Source: Bdellovibrionota bacterium
GTDB taxonomy: Bacteria > Bdellovibrionota_C > UBA2361 > JBGSMV01
DNA length: 11,494 bases
Direction of reading: 5' to 3'
Assembly (NCBI GenBank): GCA_044356455.1
Contig: JBIKWF010000126.1
Coordinates: forward strand, 1 to 11,494
The position numbers and the translations under genes are program-made. The notes under the pieces were generated by a model that saw only the letters and a list, made by a program, of their open reading frames with translations, was not told the origin of the DNA and did no database searches. How positions within the stretch are numbered: position 1 is the first letter of the stretch; every line of letters begins with the position of its first letter. Of the stretch, positions 1 through 6,885 are shown in pieces.

Positions 1-264
1 GAAAATGTCCTTGAGTCCCGCACCCCTGCTCATCTGCATGCACGCACGGAGTTCGACAATATTCGGCCAGAAGCGCTCCCCGAAATTGAGCGCTGGCTCC
101 TTAAGGAAGGTCACCAATTTCATGCTAGAGCCCGAGATTTTCTTGGGCAGTTTGATCAAGACGTAAATCCAGTCGGCTCTTTTAAGGGCAAGGGAGCTCG
201 AGCCGTCATTGGAGCATTCAGTTTCATCGCGCCGGGAGGAGGAAGTGAAGAGAAGAAGAAATAA
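1..264 (+). CDS. 3' part of a gene truncated by the window edge; C-terminus resembles DUF6502-family proteins
   Basis: Not in the ORF track. Frame +1 is open from base 1 to TAA at 262-264: ENVLESRTPAHLHARTEFDNIRPEALPEIERWLLKEGHQFHARARDFLGQFDQDVNPVGSFKGKGARAVIGAFSFIAPGGGSEEKKK*. The FDNI.PEALP...FD.DVNP...R..IG.F.F pattern recalls DUF6502 C-termini (from memory). Confidence 0.7.
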   Translation, partial: ENVLESRTPAHLHARTEFDNIRPEALPEIERWLLKEGHQFHARARDFLGQFDQDVNPVGSFKGKGARAVIGAFSFIAPGGGSEEKKK

Positions 265-1375
265 CCTGTGGTGGCAAGCTGCGAGAGCCTTGCTTTTGTG
301 CGTAATCCTTCTTCCCCTCTTCAACTGCGGAGGTGGAACTACTGGTACCGGAGGAACAGGATCCGATGTGTCAGGCCGCGTCCTTGATACCGCAGGCGCT
401 CCACTTGAAAGCGTGAGCGTCACAGTCCTGGAAACGGGAGACTCTTCAACAACCGATAGCGAAGGGAACTTCGATATCAGCACCTCCCAAATTTCTCAGG
501 CGCTTACTTTGCTCCTTGAAAAAGACACCACCAGTGCGAGCGCGCTCGTAGAGGAACTACCCGATGCGGTTGAATCCTTAGTGGTAGAACTTGAACTCGA
601 TGAAGAGGCATCGCGTGCCCGAGTTACCAAGAAAGAGGTCGTCGAGAGAGCACCAACTCCGAAACCAACCCGAGCTCCTCGGCCTACGGAGAATCCAGCG
701 ACCCCTGCTCCGACACCGCCAGGCCCGGTTTCTCCTAGCGAACCAACTCCCGAGGCTTCACCAACGCAAGCAGCTCAGGGCACGCCTTCAGCAGGAGGGA
801 CAAACACGCCGCTCGCGACAGCCACCCCAGAAACTCCCACGCCTACGGCGACGGCAGAGAACACGCCAACAGAAACTCCAACCGAAACGCCTACTGAGAC
901 TCCCACGGCAACTCCCACTGCGGAGCCGACTCTTACCCCCACGCCGAGCTCCACGACGCTACCCGATTTTGGTGAGTATCCTAAGCTTCTGCCAATAAGA
1001 GGCTCGGTGAGGATAAGCGGACTTACCCGATCTAAGGGCCGGTCTATTGGACTCGCCGGACTCTATAGCGGCAAATCATCCCTTAGCACTTCAGGCGGGT
1101 TCTCAATGACGGCCTCGCTCTCTGAAACCCCGAGTGGTTCCGCGAGCAGTTTTTCAATCTCTCTTGTATCCCCCCAAGTGATTGGCCGAGGAAAATCTTT
1201 CCTCGTTCCCAAGAATGCGACCTCGGCTAAGGTAAGTCTCGAATTTAGAGCCTTTAGGACAAGCGGGTCAAAAATAGTACTTAGGCAAACTAGTCAATCG
1301 ATTAAGTTTGTGACCAGCAAGCCTGACTCCATGCCGGCGACTCCTGGGGCTGAACTAGTCTCAGCCACGCGGTAG
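245..1375 (+). CDS. Putative lipoprotein: carboxypeptidase-regulatory-like beta-sandwich, long Pro/Thr-rich linker, basic C-terminal domain
   Basis: Start moved from TTG 209 to GTG 245, which follows GGAGG at 235-239 and gives a signal peptide MKRRRNNLWW...LLPLFNC followed by GGGTTGTGG. VSGRVLDTAGAPLESVSVTV...TTDSEGNF is typical of the domain. TPTE/TPTA repeats follow. Confidence 0.8.
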   Translation: MKRRRNNLWWQAARALLLCVILLPLFNCGGGTTGTGGTGSDVSGRVLDTAGAPLESVSVTVLETGDSSTTDSEGNFDISTSQISQALTLLLEKDTTSASALVEELPDAVESLVVELELDEEASRARVTKKEVVERAPTPKPTRAPRPTENPATPAPTPPGPVSPSEPTPEASPTQAAQGTPSAGGTNTPLATATPETPTPTATAENTPTETPTETPTETPTATPTAEPTLTPTPSSTTLPDFGEYPKLLPIRGSVRISGLTRSKGRSIGLAGLYSGKSSLSTSGGFSMTASLSETPSGSASSFSISLVSPQVIGRGKSFLVPKNATSAKVSLEFRAFRTSGSKIVLRQTSQSIKFVTSKPDSMPATPGAELVSATR

Positions 1376-1407
1376 CGCTCGTCGATCTGCTCGCACCAGG
1401 CGTGCAA

Positions 1408-1920
1408 CTACGGAGTGTGTAGAGGACTCGCGTCAAGCCCCTCAGGCCCACGCAGCTCCCCGCGCGGGGAAGCGCCCCGAGCATGAACCCCTGCGCCATA
1501 ACGAAAAATGAGCTCTCCCCCGAGATAGCCGCTGTAGCAAACAAGGCCCACGGAAACTAACAGAAGAACTCTATAGATAGCTTGAAACATGCCCTTGGCG
1601 TGGGTAGCAAACTCGCCAATCCACATCACTGCCAGCATAGGTATGGAAACAAAAAGAAGTAGTCTCCCGACTGCGTGGTGGGCACTAATGGGCTCGTCAG
1701 GCACTTCAAAAAACTGATCCGCAAGCTCACTCGCCTGATAGCCAGAAATAAAGGCAGCAACGACTCCAATTACTCCCAAGGTCACCAATATCCGCGCTGC
1801 GGAGGAAGCAGAAGGCGAGCGTCTCACCATGCTCCAGACCTCGAGCAATAACGCAGCGGGAAGGAGAGCCGCGGGGAATGCGGTAAGTGCGGGATGAAGA
1901 TGCAGGCTTAGATCAACCAT
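1408..1920 (-). CDS. DUF2231-family membrane protein (about 4 TM helices)
   Basis: N-terminal HP...FP.ALL, hydrophobic helices, central SG...H and C-terminal GYLGGELIFRYGAGV. Confidence 0.8.
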   Translation of the reverse strand: MVDLSLHLHPALTAFPAALLPAALLLEVWSMVRRSPSASSAARILVTLGVIGVVAAFISGYQASELADQFFEVPDEPISAHHAVGRLLLFVSIPMLAVMWIGEFATHAKGMFQAIYRVLLLVSVGLVCYSGYLGGELIFRYGAGVHARGASPRGELRGPEGLDASPLHTP

Positions 1921-1936
1921 CGGGCCTGAGTTCCTG

Positions 1937-3118
1937 TTACTTCTTGCGCTTGAGGACCACGACAGTCACATCGTCATTAAGGAGACGCCCCTCAATAAAG
2001 GCTCTAAAGTCACCCAATATTTTCTCAAGAATAGCGGCGGCGCTTGCACCCGCTCCCGCGCTCTCGGACTCAATTGCCTTAATTGAAGCAATGAGGCGCG
2101 GAGCCCCATAAAGCTGAAGACTTCGATTCTGAGCCTCCGTAACGCCATCGGTATAGAGCACAAACACATCGCCAACTCCGAGCGAGTCTGTGATGGCCTC
2201 GTATTTCCCGTCTGGCATAAAACCAAGAGCAAACCCTTTCCCTTTCAATTCCTTGGCCTCAGAAGTTCCGCGGCGATAAATAATGGCTGGAGGATGCCCC
2301 GCTCGCGCGAACTCAAGCACTCCCGTGCTCGGGTCGTAGAGGGCACTAGCGAAGGTTACAAATCTCTCGTCTGAAAGCTGGGGGGAAAGCAATAAATTCA
2401 TCTGCTCGAGCAAATCATGCGGGGGCTCAACCTTGGCCGCAGTAAGAGCAAGTTTTGTCATGCTACAGATAAAGGCGGCCGAGAGCCCATGCCCCGTCAC
2501 ATCGCCAATTTGAAAGCTAATCTTCCCGGACTGATGTTTCTTAACGTAATACCAGTCCCCTCCCACTTCTTCGAGCGGCTGGTAGGCAGCTGCTACCTCG
2601 AACTCTTCTCCCGTCGGCAGACTTAGCGGCAGGAGACTCTGCTGAATCTTTCGGGCTTCCTCGAGCTCCTTTCTTAGTTTTCCTGTGATATCCCGCAACA
2701 TTGCATTTGCGTCGGAAACATTTGCGGTAAGAGAATCAGCCCCTGCCATCTTTCGAAGGCGCACTTGAGTTGCGACCTTCGCCGACACGCTCGCCAAGGC
2801 GGCTGTAGCCTCGACTATCTCAAGACGGTCGTAACCGTTCTCTTTAAGGGCCCGCGCCTCGGCAAGAGGAACGCCCATGATAACTATGGGAATAGTTCGA
2901 GTAGCTTCATCTTTGCGGAGGTGGTCGACGAGCGCGAGCGCATCTGGCTCAGAGGCACGGTCAATCAGCACAAGATCCACGACGAGACGCTCTACAAGCC
3001 CTAAAAGCGCCTGCTTTTCTCCTGCTTTTTCTAGGCGGTAGCCCAGCTTAGCAAAAAGGCGCAGCAACTTTTCATCCGGCGCGCCCACTACTACAATTAA
3101 ATCTCTTAACTCTTCCAT
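1937..3118 (-). CDS. Receiver-like domain fused to a PP2C/SpoIIE (RsbU-like) serine phosphatase
   Basis: A..IQ.SLLP, VGGDWY, IGDVTGHG, RAGHPP, YTDGVTEA and NDDVT motifs are present. The N-terminus has DLVLID and TRTIPIVIM. ATG 3118 is preferred over 3175 because it avoids overlap with the divergent gene at 3161. Confidence 0.9.
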   Translation of the reverse strand: MEELRDLIVVVGAPDEKLLRLFAKLGYRLEKAGEKQALLGLVERLVVDLVLIDRASEPDALALVDHLRKDEATRTIPIVIMGVPLAEARALKENGYDRLEIVEATAALASVSAKVATQVRLRKMAGADSLTANVSDANAMLRDITGKLRKELEEARKIQQSLLPLSLPTGEEFEVAAAYQPLEEVGGDWYYVKKHQSGKISFQIGDVTGHGLSAAFICSMTKLALTAAKVEPPHDLLEQMNLLLSPQLSDERFVTFASALYDPSTGVLEFARAGHPPAIIYRRGTSEAKELKGKGFALGFMPDGKYEAITDSLGVGDVFVLYTDGVTEAQNRSLQLYGAPRLIASIKAIESESAGAGASAAAILEKILGDFRAFIEGRLLNDDVTVVVLKRKK

Positions 3119-3160
3119 AGCCCTAGTATCGTACTTCGGTTTACGATAGGCAGTCGAGAT

Positions 3161-4462
3161 ATGAGCATATCCCAACGCCCTTCGGAGGCCTCCTCCGCTA
3201 CAACATCGTTGATAACGGCATCGCCTACTCCCTCATTAAGGGCGTTTCGACTTGCCGCAGGCCTACTCTTGCACGATCGCGGCTCTTTGCCAGTACTGTA
3301 CCTCGCCTGCATTGCGCCAAGGCTCTTTCTCACCTTAGGAAGCCCTTCGGATGGCTTTACCTTATTTTTGGCGCGCGCGGCGGAGCACCTTATAGAGCTT
3401 CTGGTGCTCGCTGCCATATCGATTCGTATCCTTAATCGCCTTTCCTCTGAGCCCGCGGGCCGTACCCCCGGCCGCTCTCCCGCAACCCTTTTTCTCTTTT
3501 GTGCAGTGGGAATGCTTTCGTGGCTCACTCTGCTTTGCCCGAGCGATATTGTTCCGTTTGAGATTTTGTGGACCGTGGGAAGCCCCGGGGGAATTGGGCC
3601 CGCGCTCTTTATGGCGTTACCTTCCGGTTTTATCTGGTACCTCCATTTTTTCTGGAGCTTTGCTCTTCTTCTTACCCCTCTGACTCTTCCGACCCGCATC
3701 AATCTTTGCCGCTATTTTACGCAGCAGGATCCCTGGGCACCCGTAAAAGCGGTCCTTGGCCCCACGGCTCTGATGTATCTCCCCACGCTGCTTGTATTGG
3801 CCCCCTATCCCGATGGGCGGTCATTGGAGCTCTCCCTTCTTGCTGATGCCCTAAGCGGCATCCAATGGATCCTTTGCTCCTACGTCTCCCTTGCTATAGG
3901 ACTTTCGGCCCTCCCGGAAGCACTTTGGCGAGAGCTAAAACTTGACCCATACCGGGCCTCGCGATTTTCGACTCTGGAGCTCCAGGGCCCCGGCTGGCTA
4001 GCCTCCGCACTTAGCCCCAAGACCGCCTGCCAACTCCTTGGCCTTTGTACGCTTGTGTGGGGCGCAAACTTAGCCCGGTTGGCGCAGCTCCCCCCAAGTC
4101 CCACGCTATCGCTTACTCGCGCATGGACAGACGCGGAAAGACACGTGCACGTTGATTTACAGGCTGAAGATGACTCTTTTTATTTTAGAGGATTTCGGCC
4201 GCTTCAATTTCGGCTAACGGACGAGGGCGGAACCGAGATCAAATCTCCGTTTCCAGACCGCGCAACGATTGACGGTGCGGCTCAGGATGTACGAGTCTTT
4301 TTCCCCGAGCGGCGCGAAAAAATAAGCTTACAGCTTACCTTCTCTCTTCAAGCGCGAGCTGACGCCTCGCCACAAGAAAACTTAGAGAATCTTCAGCTCT
4401 GGTACGGCGGCACGAAGATAGCCCGTGTTCGGCCTGAGCAGCCTGAAGCGAAGGTGCCTTAG
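3161..4462 (+). CDS. Hypothetical polytopic membrane protein with a C-terminal soluble beta-rich domain
   Basis: 433-aa ORF with many hydrophobic segments in the first ~300 aa and a hydrophilic C-terminal ~125 aa. No family recognised and the start is uncertain. Confidence 0.75.
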   Translation: MSISQRPSEASSATTSLITASPTPSLRAFRLAAGLLLHDRGSLPVLYLACIAPRLFLTLGSPSDGFTLFLARAAEHLIELLVLAAISIRILNRLSSEPAGRTPGRSPATLFLFCAVGMLSWLTLLCPSDIVPFEILWTVGSPGGIGPALFMALPSGFIWYLHFFWSFALLLTPLTLPTRINLCRYFTQQDPWAPVKAVLGPTALMYLPTLLVLAPYPDGRSLELSLLADALSGIQWILCSYVSLAIGLSALPEALWRELKLDPYRASRFSTLELQGPGWLASALSPKTACQLLGLCTLVWGANLARLAQLPPSPTLSLTRAWTDAERHVHVDLQAEDDSFYFRGFRPLQFRLTDEGGTEIKSPFPDRATIDGAAQDVRVFFPERREKISLQLTFSLQARADASPQENLENLQLWYGGTKIARVRPEQPEAKVP

Positions 4463-4592
4463 GGAAGCTCTGAAAAAGTCTGCGCTGTGAACTCTGTGCC
4501 CTCTGTGGTTGATTTAAATTGCTCAAAAAACCACAGAGGACACAGAGAGCCCGGAGAGAAGAAATAAAATATCGAGGTTTTTCAGAAGTTCC
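4463..4592 (-). mobile_element. MITE-like palindromic element, copy 1 (130 bp; reverse orientation relative to copies 2 and 3)
   Basis: Ends GGAAGCTCTGAAAAA and TTTTTCAGAAGTTCC (13/15 inverted match). TTAG on both sides (4459-4462, 4593-4596). Inner inverted repeat 4492-4510 / 4529-4547. The reverse complement aligns end to end with 9178-9306 and 10252-10383. Confidence 0.85.
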
Positions 4593-5204
4593 TTAGGAGG
4601 CTTCCCCCGCTGCCGGCAATTCAGAATCCTGCCCTGCAGCCGGCGAATCTTGGGCCTGCAATAACTCAGGCGCTAATTCGAGACGCCAATCTTTCGGGCG
4701 TTTAGAGCCGACTTGAACATACAGCGTGTCCTTAGGCCCACGAAAGGCTCCTTCATCCAAGACAATCTCGTAATACGGAAGCGCCTCCGTCGCCGGCCCC
4801 TGGAGCACGGTACCATCGTCGGCAAAAACGCTCTCATCATTCGCAGAATACCAGCGTATGCCCTCAGCTGATTCCTTGCGCGCCAGGCGCGTCAGATCAC
4901 GCGTGGAAAGAGTACTCATGACAGAAAAGCCCTTCCCATCAAATCTGAGGACAAAGGCAGAACGCTCGAAATAAGTCACTGGCCTCACAAGATCCTTGAG
5001 CAAGCCAAGCCGGATATATCCAGGGGGCCGATCTCTTGAACCTCCGAAGCAGCCGCCAAGAGTGAGAACAAGGAGGGCGCAGCTTGCCGCAAATAAAACC
5101 GCCCAGGATCTTCGCGTTACGGTTCGACACAGAGTAAAAGAACGACACAGAGCAGATGGATGAGGGGGAAAAGGACGAAGTGTAAGAAGTGAAATGAATT
5201 TCAT
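4593..5204 (-). CDS. Putative lipoprotein with a Rieske-like domain lacking the Cys/His cluster ligands
   Basis: TRRSW, a hydrophobic stretch and an LGGC lipobox. FSVMSTLSTRDLT...SANDESVFADDGTVLQGPATEALPYYEI matches Rieske spacing and the S.F..DG.V..GPA...L signature. Start uncertain. Confidence 0.7.
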   Translation of the reverse strand: MKFISLLTLRPFPPHPSALCRSFTLCRTVTRRSWAVLFAASCALLVLTLGGCFGGSRDRPPGYIRLGLLKDLVRPVTYFERSAFVLRFDGKGFSVMSTLSTRDLTRLARKESAEGIRWYSANDESVFADDGTVLQGPATEALPYYEIVLDEGAFRGPKDTLYVQVGSKRPKDWRLELAPELLQAQDSPAAGQDSELPAAGEAS

Positions 5205-5209
5205 GTGCC

Positions 5210-5500
5210 CTATTGCAACCAGGGGAGCTGATTCTCCAGATTGGAGAGAATAAGTTCCAATTCGAGATTTCCAGGGGCAATCACGACGCCTGCATTTGTC
5301 TTTTCAGCAAGTCGCTTAAAAAACTGGTCCTCGTCCTCCTTGGTGAGCCCGCTCCTTAGTCGCTTAACGGTGTCCCCTCCTAACTTTGGGAGAGAGGCCT
5401 TAATCACGGTCGGATCTCGAGACAGCACCACTAAGCGGTGTCCATTGACCGTAATAGTTGCCGGCTTACCGGACTGGAATGGGACGAAGTAGCCTTTCAT
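5210..5500 (-). CDS. Small hypothetical protein (96 aa), probably co-transcribed with the downstream lipoprotein
   Basis: ATG start with purine-rich AGAGAAG upstream, protein-like composition, and a stop 5 nt before the next start. Confidence 0.7.
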   Translation of the reverse strand: MKGYFVPFQSGKPATITVNGHRLVVLSRDPTVIKASLPKLGGDTVKRLRSGLTKEDEDQFFKRLAEKTNAGVVIAPGNLELELILSNLENQLPWLQ

Positions 5501-5537
5501 TAAAAATCTTCTCTAAGGGACCTCACAAGCACTTCCC

Positions 5538-5613
5538 CTTCGTGTTCTTAGTGTTCTTAGTGGTTTATAAAAACAACCACTAAGAACACTAAGAACACTA
5601 AGAACACTAAGAA
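5538..5613. repeat. Inverted and tandem 9-bp repeat hairpin: (CACTAAGAA)x4 facing its reverse complement
   Basis: GTGTTCTTAGTGTTCTTAGTGGTT (5542-5565) is the exact reverse complement of 5575-5598, with a 9-nt loop. Four perfect CACTAAGAA units at 5578-5613. Confidence 0.95.
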
Positions 5614-5667
5614 GGAACGCTATAAAGGCTCCCATAGCAATAATGCTTCCCCTGGAATCATTCAACC

Positions 5668-6591
5668 TTAAGAACGCGAACTTCGATAGTATTTTCCTGG
5701 CAGTCTAGTACCCAGAACTTGCTCAAGAAAGCGTGCGGCCTGCGTGTACCCCTCAAGTGAAATACCGGTCGAAATACCCATTTCCTCAAGAAGATAGACC
5801 AAATCCTCGGTCGCGATATTCCCCGCTGCCCCGGGGGTGAACGGGCATCCCCCGACCCCACCAACCGAAGCGTCGAAGCAATCGGCCCCTTCAAGCAGTC
5901 CGGCATAGGCATTCGCAATTCCAGTTCCTCGCGTATCATGCAGATGCAGTGAAATACGGGTACGGGGGAACTTCGCCTTAAGCTCTCCTACCGCGCGTTT
6001 CACTACTTCAGGCGTTCCAAAGCCCACCGTATCAGCAAGCGAGAGTTCACGCGGAATAACACCGCTCCTTTCCAAGACTTCAAAGATCTCGCCAATAGCA
6101 GGAAATAGGTTTGCAGCCGCCCCCTTCCCCTCATAGGCACAGCCAAATGCTGTAGATACCATTACCCCATGCAGCTCCTTGCCAGCGCCCTGAAAATCTG
6201 CGAGCCACTCAGGGAGAGAGGCGAGAATTTCTGCACGTGAAGTATTGGCGTTCTTCTTAAGAAAGGTGTCACTCGTCGCCGAATAGATCCAACCCTGATT
6301 GCCGAGTCGTCCCGAGGCCTCAGCACGCGCGAACCCCTTGCGATTGAGATACAAGGCGGTATACCGCACGCCGGGTTCTTGCCGAAATCGCCCTATCAGG
6401 TCATCGCTATCGGCCATTTGCGGCACACGATCGGGACGAACCATGGAGGTAATTTCTATCTCCTTGACCCCACTGGCGCTAAGAAGCTCAATCAGCCTGA
6501 GCTTATCTGCGGTAGAGACGATCTGAGAGCTCGTCTGAAGCCCTTCGCGAGGACCGACCTCTCGAATGAAAACTGAGGATGACAGGTTCAT
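5668..6591 (-). CDS. Hydroxymethylglutaryl-CoA lyase family protein (DRE-TIM metallolyase)
   Basis: IREVGPREGLQ, VPQMAD, LADTVG, HLHDTRG.G.AN, GGCPF.PGA.GNIATED. Confidence 0.92.
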   Translation of the reverse strand: MNLSSSVFIREVGPREGLQTSSQIVSTADKLRLIELLSASGVKEIEITSMVRPDRVPQMADSDDLIGRFRQEPGVRYTALYLNRKGFARAEASGRLGNQGWIYSATSDTFLKKNANTSRAEILASLPEWLADFQGAGKELHGVMVSTAFGCAYEGKGAAANLFPAIGEIFEVLERSGVIPRELSLADTVGFGTPEVVKRAVGELKAKFPRTRISLHLHDTRGTGIANAYAGLLEGADCFDASVGGVGGCPFTPGAAGNIATEDLVYLLEEMGISTGISLEGYTQAARFLEQVLGTRLPGKYYRSSRS

Positions 6592-6641
6592 GATTTACTC
6601 AGGCTCATGGTTTAGACAGGTTCATGGTATTGACAGATTCA
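6581..6641. repeat. Degenerate 17-bp tandem repeat (~3.5 units) overlapping the lyase start codon
   Basis: GACAGGTTCATGATTTA (6581), CTCAGGCTCATGGTTTA (6598), GACAGGTTCATGGTATT (6615), GACAGATTCA (6632). Confidence 0.8.
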
Positions 6642-6885
6642 GAGCCACAGATCTTCATAGACGCTCAAACCGCGAGAATAGACCCCCTGATTAATTGCCT
6701 CTTGCCCTAACGGGATACCCCTCCGCACTATAGCACTGCAAGAGGTGGTTCACCGGTTCTGCCTAGGATTGTGTCCCACTGCCACCGCTCCATGTAGTGG
6801 CAGAAATTTTCTACGGGACAGACTCCTCGCGCACAATACCGCAAAACGCCACTTCGCAAATAGTAGAGATTGAAGAGATACCCCT

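Noticed and set aside
209..244. TTG 209 as the lipoprotein start
   Set aside because: It lies well inside the upstream gene and adds an acidic leader. GTG 245 has a Shine-Dalgarno and gives a normal signal peptide.
591..998. 135-aa alternative-frame ORF
   Set aside because: Frame-shifted reading of the Pro/Thr linker.
3106..3702. 198-aa minus-strand ORF
   Set aside because: Antisense to the 433-aa membrane protein, Arg-rich, with no motifs.
4335..4526. 63-aa ORF starting inside element copy 1
   Set aside because: Antisense to the 3161 gene, its start is absent from copy 3, and it has no protein-like features.
5125..5152. CGACACAGAG direct repeat resembling the element core, within the lipoprotein leader
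   Set aside because: Only two 10-mers, with no AACCAC anchor or opposing arm; could be chance.
6779..6803. CTGCCAC/GTGGCAG hairpin as an attenuator upstream of ilvA
   Set aside because: 7-bp stem with an 11-nt loop, no immediate U-tract, and no Ile/Thr-rich leader peptide evident.
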